A DNA stretch of 64,000 nt from Candidatus Moranbacteria bacterium RIFOXYB1_FULL_43_19 (GTDB lineage Bacteria > Patescibacteriota > Minisyncoccia > Moranbacterales > UBA11712): positions 33,969 through 97,968 of the forward strand of contig MFSH01000023.1 in assembly GCA_001784875.1 (NCBI GenBank). Reading direction: 5' to 3'. The position numbers were made by a program, and so were the translations under genes. Below are positions 20,311 to 30,207 of the stretch, piece by piece; within the stretch, counting starts at the first letter, position 1, and each line of letters begins with the position of its first letter. The notes beneath the pieces were generated by a model, which worked only from the letters and a program-made list of their open reading frames with translations, did no database searches and was not told where the DNA came from.

Positions 20311-20348
20311 TTTCGCTACGATATATCGTATTAAGTTAAAGTAAAATT

Positions 20349-21092
20349 ATGAAACTAACTTTTCTCGGGACAAACGGCTGGTATGACAATAAAATTGGAA
20401 ACACTGTGTGCAGCCTATTGGAAAGCGAAAAGTATTATATTATCTTTGATGCTGGAAATGGAATCTACAAACTACCGAGCTACATAAAATCAAAAAAACA
20501 CATTTTTCTCTTTTTGAGCCATTTGCACCTTGATCATATTTTTGGTTTTCATATTTTTCCCAAGTTCAAACTTAAAAATAAATTCAATGTTTTTTGTCCG
20601 AAAGGATTGAAAAAAGATTTGATGAAAATAATCGACCATCCCTACGCCATGCCATTTCGGGAGATGAAGCTGAAAACAAAAATAGAGGAACTGTCAAAAG
20701 ATTGCCGGGAACTTCCTTTTCCCGTCGAATGTCGAAAACTCTATCATATTGATCCATCTTTCGGATATAGGATAACTTTGGACGGCAAAACTGTGGCCTA
20801 TTGTTCCGATACCGGTGTATCAAAAAATTCAATCCAGCTTGCCCGAAACGCTGATGCGCTGATCCATGAATGCGCCGCCGTGCCCAAATTAGTCTCGGGG
20901 AAATGGGGGCACTCCAATCCGGAAGAAGCAGCCGGAATCGCCAAAAAAGCCGAGTGCAAGAAACTTTTTCTGACTCACTTTTCCGCAAATAAATATATGA
21001 CCTTAAAAGACCGCCGGCGGGCTGAGAAAGTAGCGAGGAAAATTTTCAAGAACACTATTGCGGCAAGAGACGGAATGGCCTTAAATGTTTGA
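20349..21092 (+). CDS. MBL-fold metallo-hydrolase (RNase Z/ElaC-like)
   Basis: LSHLHLDHIFG (HxHxDH) motif, downstream Asp/His ligands. Confidence 0.75.
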   Translation: MKLTFLGTNGWYDNKIGNTVCSLLESEKYYIIFDAGNGIYKLPSYIKSKKHIFLFLSHLHLDHIFGFHIFPKFKLKNKFNVFCPKGLKKDLMKIIDHPYAMPFREMKLKTKIEELSKDCRELPFPVECRKLYHIDPSFGYRITLDGKTVAYCSDTGVSKNSIQLARNADALIHECAAVPKLVSGKWGHSNPEEAAGIAKKAECKKLFLTHFSANKYMTLKDRRRAEKVARKIFKNTIAARDGMALNV

Positions 21093-21265
21093 AGTTATCG
21101 AAATTTGACTTATATTTCCTATAAAGTATTATTCTATATAGCCCCAGACCACAAACTTGATTCTGAAAAATATAAGCTCACTTTCGCAAAATAATTTTTG
21201 TGGTGCGGGGCAAGTTGCTGTGGGGAATTCCACAGTTATTTTTTAAGCAATCATTTCAAAAATTT

Positions 21266-21994
21266 ATGGCAAAAGGAAAAAAGAAACCCAAGTATAAGAG
21301 AATACTGCTGAAGCTCTCCGGCGAAGCGATGCGGGGGAAGAGAGAGTTTGGGATTGATCCGGAATTCATTTCCTATCTCGCGTCCGAAATTGTTTCGGCG
21401 CACAAACTGGGTGTCCAGATTGCCGTTGTCACCGGCGGAGGGAATATCTTTCGCGGGGTGGCCGGGTCGAAACGCGGCATGGACGAAGCAACCGCCCACT
21501 ATATGGGAATGCTGGCGACAATTTTCAACGCCATGGCGCTTCAGGACGCTCTCGAGAAAAAAGGGGCGATAGTCAGAATGCAGACAGCCATTGAAATGAA
21601 GCAGATTGCCGAAAATTTCATCCGCAAAAAAGCCATCCGCCATATGGAAAAAGGCCGCATCGTGGTTTTGGGCGGCGGAACGGGCTTGCCTTTCATCACC
21701 ACTGACACCGGCGCGGCTATGCGGGGGCTCGAACTTGGATGCGACGCGGTTTTCAAAGCCACCAAAGTAGACGGGGTCTATTCGGACGATCCGGTCAAAA
21801 ATCCGCAGGCCAAAAAATACGACAAAATTTCTTTCGGGGAGGCTTTCAAAAACGACAAAATAAAAGTGATGGACAAGGCGGCGGTGGAACTTTGCATGCG
21901 GAACGATTTGAAAATAGTCGTATTCAATACCCACAAAAAAGGCGCTCTCGAGAAGGCGCTTCTCGGCGAAAAAGTGGGAACAGTGATTGAATAA
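21266..21994 (+). CDS. pyrH: UMP kinase
   Basis: KRILLKLSGEAM, VVTGGGNIFRG, TDTGAAMR motifs; start taken at MAKGKKK. Confidence 0.9.
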   Translation: MAKGKKKPKYKRILLKLSGEAMRGKREFGIDPEFISYLASEIVSAHKLGVQIAVVTGGGNIFRGVAGSKRGMDEATAHYMGMLATIFNAMALQDALEKKGAIVRMQTAIEMKQIAENFIRKKAIRHMEKGRIVVLGGGTGLPFITTDTGAAMRGLELGCDAVFKATKVDGVYSDDPVKNPQAKKYDKISFGEAFKNDKIKVMDKAAVELCMRNDLKIVVFNTHKKGALEKALLGEKVGTVIE

Positions 21995-22087
21995 TAAAAA
22001 ATACGCCTGCGCAAGTGGGCGTTTTTTTTCGATATGGTATAATATAAAAAAGTAAAAATATAAAAAATAAATTGGGTTTCTACTGGG

Positions 22088-23068
22088 ATGAAAAAAACAG
22101 CGAAAAAACTTTTTCCGAGTTTCCTGAAACGGGAAAATATCACCGCCCTTTCAATGATTGTCGCCATTGGCGGGATTTCTTTTGTTTTGGCTGTTTTTTT
22201 GGTCCAGTTTTCCCGCTACGAAAATCTGAATGAAGCGAGAAAAAAACGTCATTCAGCCTATGAAGACGAATTGCGTCGCCTGTCTGGTCTCTCCGTTAAC
22301 CTCACTCCAGCTCCTGACCCGACTACTGGCTGGAAGACATACAGCAGCCAAAAATATAATATCTCCCTAAGATATCCTCAAAATTGGCAAGCGCCGCGAG
22401 AAAGCTTTGCCGCCAAAGGAGGAAACTATCTTCTCAAAATTTCTTTCGACGAAAAAGGAATCGTGAGCGCAAACGGCGTGAAGGGCTTTGACGTTTTTGT
22501 TTATAGCGCGGCCAAATTTTCTACTCCAGCCGCGACAGACAACCTGAAAAAGAAAAATGAAAATGTTTCGGCGGAAAACTGCCCCGGATTTGATGACATA
22601 ACATTGGGAGAAAAAGGGTATTCGGCCAAAGAAGTGAACATATCTTTTGACAATCCTTGTTGGGAAGAAACTTTTTTCTACAGCCTTTCGAAAAACGGCT
22701 ATACTTTCAATATCGTTCCCCGACAGGGGGGAAGCGCGAACATTTTTGAAGACAGGCAAAAAATAGATATGTTGCGAAACTTTCCCGAGTTCTACGATGT
22801 CGTTTCCACGCTTGATTTTGCAGAAGTTGAGACAAAAGGTATCGCCCAAGCATCCAAAAAAGTTGTCCAGAAAGTTACCGTGGCTCCGAAAGTGAGATAT
22901 ACTTCCGGCGCTTCTTGCGCCCACAAAAAAGACAAACCTCGCTACAGCAAAAACAAAGGCAAACATATGGATGAGGACTGCTGTCCCGATCCAGATGAGT
23001 GGCCGAATCCGCGTTGTGCTTATTCAGCGAAAGGGCTGGCAATAATGATTTCTCCGCCGAAGAAATAA
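22088..23068 (+). CDS. membrane-anchored secreted protein, paralog family member C with C-terminal Cys/His motif
   Basis: C-terminus SCAHKKDKPRYSKNKGKHMDEDCCPDPDEWPNPRCAY; central region homologous to 6047..7045. Confidence 0.6.
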   Translation: MKKTAKKLFPSFLKRENITALSMIVAIGGISFVLAVFLVQFSRYENLNEARKKRHSAYEDELRRLSGLSVNLTPAPDPTTGWKTYSSQKYNISLRYPQNWQAPRESFAAKGGNYLLKISFDEKGIVSANGVKGFDVFVYSAAKFSTPAATDNLKKKNENVSAENCPGFDDITLGEKGYSAKEVNISFDNPCWEETFFYSLSKNGYTFNIVPRQGGSANIFEDRQKIDMLRNFPEFYDVVSTLDFAEVETKGIAQASKKVVQKVTVAPKVRYTSGASCAHKKDKPRYSKNKGKHMDEDCCPDPDEWPNPRCAYSAKGLAIMISPPKK

Positions 23069-23071
23069 ATT

Positions 23072-23707
23072 ATGGAGAAAAAAAATTATAAATTCAATGT
23101 CAGTATTTTTCTACTTTCAAGCTCTTTATATGTTTCCTTCCAGCTTTTTGCCAACATTCTGTCAACGAAAATAGCTCTTTTGCCATATCTTAATTTGGCG
23201 ATTGATGGCGGGACGCTGATTTATCCGCTGACATTCACTCTTCGTGACTTTGTCCACAAGACGCACGGAAAAAAGGATGCCCGGCAGGTAATCATGATCG
23301 CGGCGGCCTTGAACGCTGTCATGTTCGGGCTTTTTTGGCTGGTTGGAAAAATGGCGCCCGATCCAACTTGGCAACTTCAAGGAGCCTATGAGCAGATTCT
23401 TCTTCCGGTTGGGCGGATAGTGTTGGCGAGCATTGTCGCTCAAGTCATTTCGGAACTTGTCGACACGGAAATTTTCAGCTACGTTTATAGAAAAATAAGC
23501 GACACCTCCGCTGTTTTTGTTTCAAATTCCATAAGCCTTATCATAGATAGTTTCATTTTCTCATTCATTGCTTTTTTTGGAGCTTTGCCCTTCGCGACTG
23601 TCATGCAGATCGTCTTCACAAATATTCTGGTGAAATTTTTGATCAGCGCCTTGAGTGTCCCGACAATAAAACTCATCCCCCGCACAGCGAAGTTCGAAGA
23701 TATTTAA
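23072..23707 (+). CDS. yhhQ: queuosine precursor transporter (YhhQ/VUT family, DUF165)
   Basis: 6-TM protein with PLTFTLRDF and ISELVDT motifs characteristic of YhhQ family. Confidence 0.7.
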   Translation: MEKKNYKFNVSIFLLSSSLYVSFQLFANILSTKIALLPYLNLAIDGGTLIYPLTFTLRDFVHKTHGKKDARQVIMIAAALNAVMFGLFWLVGKMAPDPTWQLQGAYEQILLPVGRIVLASIVAQVISELVDTEIFSYVYRKISDTSAVFVSNSISLIIDSFIFSFIAFFGALPFATVMQIVFTNILVKFLISALSVPTIKLIPRTAKFEDI

Positions 23708-23929
23708 AATTGGGTTGTTCCGGGATCGTTTCGGCGGTTTCAGTTTTCTTTTTGGAAAAAAGATTATTATGAAACATTGCAGTGTGTTATGAATTTGATT
23801 TTTACGGCGGGAAATTTTACAATAATATAAAAAATTGATGATTTTTCCCAAAGCTCGGCTTTTCTCCCCCCGACGTCACGTCGGGGTTCATCAATGCCAA
23901 GCTTTATGCAAAATACTAGAAACAAAAAC

Positions 23930-24586
23930 ATGGATTACCAAAAAGAAATCGCGAGATCATTGCTCGAAATCGGCGCGGTGGGATTCAAACCCAAAGACCC
24001 CCTCACTTTCAAATCCGGACTGATTTCCCCGGTTTATGTTGACAACCGGATTTTTCCGGCGCACCCCGAAAAGTTCAAACTGGTGATCAACGGTTTCGAA
24101 AATCTCGTCAAAGAAAAAAATATTGATTTTGACATGGTCGCCGGAATCGCGGTGGGAGGAATACCCTATAGCGCTGTTTTGGGATACGAGATGCGAAAAC
24201 CTTCTATTTTCATCCGAAAAGAAGCCAAAGGGCACGGCAAAGGGAAGAGAATCGAGGGAGGAGATGTCAGTGGAAAAAAAATTCTGCTTGTCGAAGACTT
24301 GGTTTCAACTGGCGGGAGCAGCCTTTCAGGAGTCGAAGCTTTGCGGGAAGAAGGCGCGACCGTTGACGATTGCCTGGTTATCGTAAGCTATGAATTCAAA
24401 GAAGCGCAGGAGAATTTCGAAAAAGCGAAAGTAAGTTTGCGCGCTCTCACATCTTTTCCGGTCATTTTTCAGGAAGCTGTGGAAATGAAAAAAATAACGA
24501 AAGAAGAAAAGAAGATTGTTGAGGACTGGTATTCCGACCCGTGGAATTGGGCAGAGAAATATGGATTTTTGTCACGTAGCTCATAA
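23930..24586 (+). CDS. pyrE: orotate phosphoribosyltransferase
   Basis: PRPP-binding ILLVEDLVSTGGS; start taken at MDYQKEI. Confidence 0.85.
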   Translation: MDYQKEIARSLLEIGAVGFKPKDPLTFKSGLISPVYVDNRIFPAHPEKFKLVINGFENLVKEKNIDFDMVAGIAVGGIPYSAVLGYEMRKPSIFIRKEAKGHGKGKRIEGGDVSGKKILLVEDLVSTGGSSLSGVEALREEGATVDDCLVIVSYEFKEAQENFEKAKVSLRALTSFPVIFQEAVEMKKITKEEKKIVEDWYSDPWNWAEKYGFLSRSS

Positions 24587-24617
24587 CTCATAACACGTAA
24601 CCCGTAACACAAATTGT

Positions 24618-25415
24618 ATGCCAATCATTGACAAATACAACCAGCGGGCGGACAAAGTGAACTCGCTTGTTTGCGTGGGGCTAGATTCTGATTTTGAAAA
24701 AATTCCGGAGCGGTTCAAAAAAATGGAAAATCCGCAATTTGAATTTAACAAATGGATCATTGACCAGACCCATGAATACGCCGCCGCGTTCAAAGCGAAC
24801 ATCGCATTCTACGACGCGCGGGGCGACCAGGGACTTCGGGAGCTCAAAATGACGCAGGATTATCTTGTCGAAAAATATCCCGACATTTTCCGGGTTTGTG
24901 ATTCAAAAAGAGGGGACATTGGGAACACGAACAATGGATATGTCGAGGAGCTTTTCGATTGGTTGGATTTTGACGCGATTACCCTGCACCCATATTTTGG
25001 AAAAGAATCGCTCATGCCCTTTTTAGACCGCGCTGATAAAGGATGTATAATATTATGCCGATCTTCAAACCCGGGGGCGGGAGAACTCCAGGATTTGCTG
25101 GTTGACGGAAAACCGCTCTGGAAAATTGTTGCCGAAAAAACGCAGGGTGATTGGAACTTCAACAACAATTGCCTGCTTATGGTTGGAGCAACGGTTCCGA
25201 AAGAGGCTGGCGAAGCCCGGAAAATCATTGGCGACATGACAATTCTTATGCCTGGAATCGGAGCCCAGGGCGGCGATGTGGAGGCGGCGGTGAAAGCTGG
25301 CATGAATTCCGAAAAGAAAGGGCTGATCATCAATTCTTCCCGTGGCATAATCTTTGTCGAAAACCCGGCCGAAGAAGCCAAAAAGTTGAGGGACGAGATA
25401 AATAAATACAGGTGA
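24618..25415 (+). CDS. pyrF: orotidine 5'-phosphate decarboxylase
   Basis: VCVGLDSDF and DSKRGDIGNT active-site motifs. Confidence 0.85.
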   Translation: MPIIDKYNQRADKVNSLVCVGLDSDFEKIPERFKKMENPQFEFNKWIIDQTHEYAAAFKANIAFYDARGDQGLRELKMTQDYLVEKYPDIFRVCDSKRGDIGNTNNGYVEELFDWLDFDAITLHPYFGKESLMPFLDRADKGCIILCRSSNPGAGELQDLLVDGKPLWKIVAEKTQGDWNFNNNCLLMVGATVPKEAGEARKIIGDMTILMPGIGAQGGDVEAAVKAGMNSEKKGLIINSSRGIIFVENPAEEAKKLRDEINKYR

Positions 25416-25443
25416 GTTTAGAAATACAAAATAGATGAAATAC

Positions 25444-25473
25444 GAAAAAAGCGGAAACATATCCGCTTTTTTG
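25444..25473. terminator. rho-independent terminator after pyrF
   Basis: AAAAAAGCGGAaacatatTCCGCTTTTTTG. Confidence 0.5.
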
Positions 25474-25624
25474 CTATCCGCTGTATAGAAGATTATTTTT
25501 TCCGGAGCAAGCCCGGTCTTGTTTCATAAAGACGTGGGGCGGGTCAGGAAGGCATTTAGAAGCTTATTCTGATGATATACCCCAAAACAAAAACCCCCGC
25601 GAGGAGGTTATTGATAAAAAGAGA

Positions 25625-25795
25625 TTAGCGGCTATAGACGGAGACAAGGAAAAGCGTGAGGAGAATGACGCAGGTGAGCAACATCAAAACTGCCCCGCCC
25701 ACGATATTCCGGTCTTTGTTATAAAGGCTTGCCAGAAGATACACTAGGCTGAGAATGATAAAAAAGACAAAAACAATAACAACCAATGCCACCAT
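25625..25795 (-). CDS. possible 56-aa small hydrophobic protein (not in ORF track; <60 aa)
   Basis: ATG at 25795, in-frame TAA at 25625; MVALVVIVFVFFIILSLVYLLASLYNK..LMLLTCVILLTLFLV two TM helices. Confidence 0.25.
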   Translation of the reverse strand: MVALVVIVFVFFIILSLVYLLASLYNKDRNIVGGAVLMLLTCVILLTLFLVSVYSR

Positions 25796-25902
25796 ATGAG
25801 TTTTTTATCTCCTTTTGGCATTTCAGCCGGGCAGATTCGAGGTTTGGAATGAACCGCAATTTATTTCTTCCACTTTATCAAAAATCGGGCAAAAAGGCAA
25901 TT

Positions 25903-26466
25903 TTAATTTTTCAATAGCTGGCTAAAATTTTTCCGGAGCTTTGTGATTTTTGGAGAGATATTGGTTTGGCAATATGGTTTTTCCGGATTGTTTGCAAAAT
26001 AATTTTGGTGATAGTCTTCTGCGGGATAAAAATTTTCAAGCCGTTTCACTTCGGTCACGATCTGGTTTTTGAAAATTTTTTCTTTTTCTAATTTTTCAAT
26101 GAATTTTTCCGCTTCATTTTTCTGCTTTTCGTCCGAATAAAGAATTATCGAGCGGTATTGCGTTCCTTCGTCGGTTCCCTGCCGGTTGAAAGTCGTCGGG
26201 TCGTGCATGGCGAAAAAAACAGAGAGTAAATCTTTGAATGCAATTTCTTTCGGATCATAGCCAATCTTCATTACTTCAGCATGGCCGGTTTTTCCGGAAC
26301 AAACTTTTTCATAGGTTGGATTAGGCATGGTGCCTCCAGCATATCCCGAAGTAACTTTGATGACCCCTTTTAATTTTGCAAGGATGGCCTCAAGGCACCA
26401 AAAACAGCCGCCGCCAAAGACAGCTTGGGAAAAATTTTGATTATTCTCCGTCGTCTGGCCCTTCAT
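25903..26466 (-). CDS. msrA: peptide methionine-S-sulfoxide reductase
   Basis: GGGCFWCLEAI active site, GYAGG; start ambiguous (overlaps msrB 3' end). Confidence 0.85.
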   Translation of the reverse strand: MKGQTTENNQNFSQAVFGGGCFWCLEAILAKLKGVIKVTSGYAGGTMPNPTYEKVCSGKTGHAEVMKIGYDPKEIAFKDLLSVFFAMHDPTTFNRQGTDEGTQYRSIILYSDEKQKNEAEKFIEKLEKEKIFKNQIVTEVKRLENFYPAEDYHQNYFANNPEKPYCQTNISPKITKLRKNFSQLLKN

Positions 26467-26860
26467 TTGTTTCGGGCACAAATTTCAAGGCAATTGAATT
26501 GATGCAGTATCTTTTTCCTGTCGGAGGCGGGCCGTCGCCAAATACATGGCCGAGATGCGATCCGCAGCGGGCGCAACGGACTTCTTTCCGGACCATTCCG
26601 CCGGAAGTGTCTTCGAAATATTCCACGTGATCTGGCGCGATAGGCTCAAAATAGCTTGGCCAGCCGGTGCCGGAATCAAACATATCTTTGTGGCGGAAAA
26701 GAACCAAATCGCAAGCGGCGCAATGATAGATTCCGTCCTCGTCTTTTCTCCAGGAACAGGTGAACGGAGCTTCCGTCCCGTATTGACGCATAACCCGGAA
26801 CTGCTCCGGAGTGAGAATTTCCTTCCACTCCTTTTCGGTTTTGTGTATTTTTTTAACCAT
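26441..26860 (-). CDS. msrB: peptide methionine-R-sulfoxide reductase
   Basis: CxxC...CxxC zinc site (CAACDL, CARCGSHLGHVF) and RYCINS catalytic Cys; start at MVKKIH. Confidence 0.85.
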   Translation of the reverse strand: MVKKIHKTEKEWKEILTPEQFRVMRQYGTEAPFTCSWRKDEDGIYHCAACDLVLFRHKDMFDSGTGWPSYFEPIAPDHVEYFEDTSGGMVRKEVRCARCGSHLGHVFGDGPPPTGKRYCINSIALKFVPETNEGPDDGE

Positions 26861-27062
26861 AAAGGTATTTTTTTCAAAAACGGACCCTGCGCGGCCCGTC
26901 CTTGAAATAAATTCGAGGTGATCACCCCAGCACCAATCCCAAATATATATTGTTTGTTTGACTCGCTCCAAACGTGAAGCGGCTTCGCCTGACTTTTTCG
27001 ATTTTATAAAATTTGCGCCGAGGATTGGTGCGGGGTTGCGCTTTGCGATATAATCGCAAAGC

Positions 27063-27257
27063 TTACATTTCGTCCTTCATTTTTTCTTTCATCATTTTCT
27101 TCATTTCCATCATCTCTTCGTCCGATTTTCCCTCCATCATATCCTTATGCATTTCCTTGGCGTGCATCATCATTTTGTCCATGACCTCTTCTTCTGTGGC
27201 GCCTTTGGCGACAAAGTTGTCGCTCATGCCCATGTCCTGGCAAGAAAGCGTTTTCAT
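27063..27257 (-). CDS. DUF1059-like small protein with extremely Met-rich C-terminal tail
   Basis: N-terminal LSCQDMGMSDNFVAKGATEEEVM matches DUF1059 pattern; 17/64 residues are Met (EEMMEMKKMMKEKMKDEM). Confidence 0.6.
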   Translation of the reverse strand: MKTLSCQDMGMSDNFVAKGATEEEVMDKMMMHAKEMHKDMMEGKSDEEMMEMKKMMKEKMKDEM

Positions 27258-27493
27258 AGTTTTTAAATTAAAGGTTATATTAACTAATACTTGATATTAA
27301 GCAATTTATTTCATATTTGAAAGCTATCCTCCCATCCGCTCCACGAGATAGATTGCTCCAGCCTTATCGTCGGAAATAATTCCAAGTGAAAATTCCTGTC
27401 TAGCCTGCTATTCTGATCAAAACTATCATTCTTGATCCTATAAAAATATTTTTTCATGATTCTACTGATCAAAATTTATTATGCAGCTTTTTT

Positions 27494-28075
27494 TCAGATC
27501 ATGAAAAAAATACGGGCTAGCCAGTCACCGAATAAATTCAAAACAAGGACGTGAGTGACGAATCCGATGGAGACGGCAAGAGCGAATTTTTTGAAACTGA
27601 TTCCGGAGAGCCCGAAAGCTCCGCTTATGATGTCGATAGGGAAAATCGGGAAGATGTAAAGGAACAGAAGGAAATTTTCACGCCGGGAAATAAGATCCTC
27701 GTATTTCTTCAGTTTTTCTCCGCCGAATAATCTTTCCGCGATGGCGCGTCCGAATTTTCGGGAAAGCCAGAAAACAAGAAAAGATCCCAAAACATTTCCC
27801 GTATAAGTATACAAAGAACCATAAAAAGCGCCGAAAATGAAACCGGCAGAAATGGCGGGAATGAATCCGGGGAGCGGAGCCAGAACTACTTCGATTATGA
27901 TCGCGATGATGATGGCGAAAGGCGCAAAAATGCCAAAACTTCTGATAAGCTGCTCGAAACTTTCCCGGTCGCTTAATATGCCGAATTTATCCCTGAAGAT
28001 GATTAGAAAAACGATAAACAGCAAAAACGCCAAAACAATTGATATATCATACTTGTGTTTCGCGAAGAATTTCAT
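27494..28075 (-). CDS. DedA/SNARE-associated (TVP38/TMEM64) family membrane protein
   Basis: PLPGF..ISAGFIFG and GNVLGSFLVFWLSRKFGR DedA motifs. Confidence 0.75.
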   Translation of the reverse strand: MKFFAKHKYDISIVLAFLLFIVFLIIFRDKFGILSDRESFEQLIRSFGIFAPFAIIIAIIIEVVLAPLPGFIPAISAGFIFGAFYGSLYTYTGNVLGSFLVFWLSRKFGRAIAERLFGGEKLKKYEDLISRRENFLLFLYIFPIFPIDIISGAFGLSGISFKKFALAVSIGFVTHVLVLNLFGDWLARIFFMI

Positions 28076-28109
28076 GATACTATGTTAGTATTAATTTCAA
28101 TCAGAAACA

Positions 28110-28853
28110 ATGACACACGAAAAAAACGTTATTTCCGCCGCAATCCTCTTCGTGTTGATACTTATCGGAGCCGGCTTTTATTCTTCGAAAAAAGAATCTT
28201 CTCCAGCTGCGGGCTTAACTGATTTCAAAAATAGTGTCGGAGAAAAGGCTGAAAAATCCGAGCCAGCGCTTCCGGAAAAAATCATGCTCGAAGTCCCGTT
28301 CACTTCTCAATCGCCCCTGGGGAATTGGCAGGACGTCCGGGAACAAAACGGATGTGAGGAGGCTGCTCTTCTTATGGTGATTGCCTGGGCCAGGGGCGAA
28401 AGCATTTCTCCCGAAGCGGCTGCCAGGGAAATACAAAACATGTCAGACTACCACCTCAAAGCGCATGGGCATTTTCATGATTTGTCGAACGCCGACACTC
28501 TCCAGCTGCTCAACGAATATTTCCAATATTTCAAAGCGCGTCTTGTCGAAGACATCGGGACTGAAGACATAAAAAAAGAACTGGCCGCCGGCAAACTGGT
28601 GATCGTTCCGATAAACGGGGCAACAATAGGGAATCCAAATTATGAACCTCCTGGGCCGACCAACCACAAGATCGTGATCATCGGGTATGATGACGCCGCT
28701 CAGGAATTTGTCACTCATGATCCCGGAACCAGCCGGGGGAAGAGTTATCGATATGGATACGAAGTTCTCGAGAAATCTCTGGAAGATTATCCTACCGGGC
28801 TTCACGAAAAATTTCCAGAAAGAAAAACATCAATGATCGTAGTGGAAAAATAA
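28110..28853 (+). CDS. membrane-anchored C39-like (papain-fold, Peptidase_C39_2-like) putative peptidase
   Basis: VPFTSQSP..NGCEEAALLMV (Gln/Cys) and later VTHDPGT (His-Asp); paralog of 30208..30951. Confidence 0.55.
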   Translation: MTHEKNVISAAILFVLILIGAGFYSSKKESSPAAGLTDFKNSVGEKAEKSEPALPEKIMLEVPFTSQSPLGNWQDVREQNGCEEAALLMVIAWARGESISPEAAAREIQNMSDYHLKAHGHFHDLSNADTLQLLNEYFQYFKARLVEDIGTEDIKKELAAGKLVIVPINGATIGNPNYEPPGPTNHKIVIIGYDDAAQEFVTHDPGTSRGKSYRYGYEVLEKSLEDYPTGLHEKFPERKTSMIVVEK

Positions 28854-28878
28854 TATTTCTTAACAGAATAACGCTTGC

Positions 28879-30195
28879 ATGAAAAGAATGCTCAAAATTG
28901 TTCCGAAAGGGAGTGTTGTGCTTGCGGCAACAAGTTTTGCCTCGTATGTTTTGGGGCTGGCGCGGGACCATTTTTTTGCCCAGACGTTCGGAGCGTCACG
29001 AGCTCTTGACGCCTACAACGCGGCATTTCTTTTTCCCGACCTATTGTTCAATATTCTCATCGCGAGCGGGATTGCCGCGGCTTTTGTTCCGATTCTAACC
29101 AGCCTCCTGCGGTCCGACAAAGCCAAAGCGGAAGAATATGTCAATTCAGTCATCACTTCCGCCACTGGGACGATGCTTACGATGGCGATGCTCATCGTCA
29201 TTTTCGCGGGACCTGTCAGCGCAGTTATCGCGCCTGGCTTTGATCTTCAGGACAGGCAGCTCACAGTGAAAATTCTCCGTGTTCTCGCTTTTTCTCCCAT
29301 TTTTTTCGCGGCTTCGAATGCGCTCGGTGCGATGCTGATCACAAAAAGAAGATTTCTTTTCTACGGCCTTTCGCCGGTTCTCTATAATCTCGGGATAATC
29401 GCCGGCACGCTGCTTCTTGCTCCCCGTTTTGGGATAATGGGCGTGGCAGTCGGGACACTTTTTGGAGCGGCCTTGCATCTTTTGGTGAGAATAGCCGACG
29501 TCTGGCGGAGCGGCTTCCGTTTCAAAGCAGTTCTTGCCTTTCGCACTCCCGAATTTCGCAAAACTATCAGTCTTATGATTCCGAAAATGTTCGGGCACCC
29601 GATTGAACTGGCGACTTTTTGGGGTTTCACGGCCATTGCTTCCGCCTTGGCGGCTGGTTCGGTGGCGGTGATCAGTTTTGCCCGCAACTTTCAGAGTGTT
29701 CCCATCAGTCTCATCGGCATAACCATCGCGACGACCAGTTTTCCTCTTTTGGCAGGGGCGGCCAGCGAAAAAACGAGGGAAATTTTTTGGAAGATACTCA
29801 AAAGATCATCGCTTTTGATTTTTTCCGGAAGCTTTCTGGCTGCCATAGCGATTTATATTATTCGCGTGCCTCTCATCAGAATATTCCTTGGCGGCGGAGA
29901 ATTTCAATCCAACGACGTAGATCGGACTGCCGCCGCGCTGGGGATGTTTTGCTTGAGCATTCCGACCGAAGCCCTCGTCCATCTATTAGCAAGAGCTTTC
30001 TACGCGACAAAAAACACGACCATTCCAGTCGCGGTGAGCGTCTTGGGAATCATCATTGCCATTCCCGGGGGATATTTTTTGAGCCAGTCTTGGGGAATTG
30101 TCGCCCTGCCTTTCGCTTTTTTTCTCGGCAGCGCGGCGGAACTTCTGATCCTTGGAATACTTCTGCCGCTTCGCGTGCGAAAGATTTTTGCCTGA
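28879..30195 (+). CDS. murJ: lipid II flippase MurJ (MviN)
   Basis: 14-TM MOP superfamily; N-terminal SFASYVLGLARDHFFAQTFGASRALDAYNAAFLFPDLLFNI typical MurJ. Confidence 0.85.
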   Translation: MKRMLKIVPKGSVVLAATSFASYVLGLARDHFFAQTFGASRALDAYNAAFLFPDLLFNILIASGIAAAFVPILTSLLRSDKAKAEEYVNSVITSATGTMLTMAMLIVIFAGPVSAVIAPGFDLQDRQLTVKILRVLAFSPIFFAASNALGAMLITKRRFLFYGLSPVLYNLGIIAGTLLLAPRFGIMGVAVGTLFGAALHLLVRIADVWRSGFRFKAVLAFRTPEFRKTISLMIPKMFGHPIELATFWGFTAIASALAAGSVAVISFARNFQSVPISLIGITIATTSFPLLAGAASEKTREIFWKILKRSSLLIFSGSFLAAIAIYIIRVPLIRIFLGGGEFQSNDVDRTAAALGMFCLSIPTEALVHLLARAFYATKNTTIPVAVSVLGIIIAIPGGYFLSQSWGIVALPFAFFLGSAAELLILGILLPLRVRKIFA

Positions 30196-30207
30196 TGTAA
30201 AAAATTC

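Noticed and set aside
23866-23886. GC-rich hairpin CCCCGACGTCACGTCGGGG upstream of pyrE as a terminator/attenuator
   Set aside because: No U-run on either strand. It resembles the cspA terminator stem (37448..37466), so it may be a dispersed palindrome, but evidence for function is insufficient.
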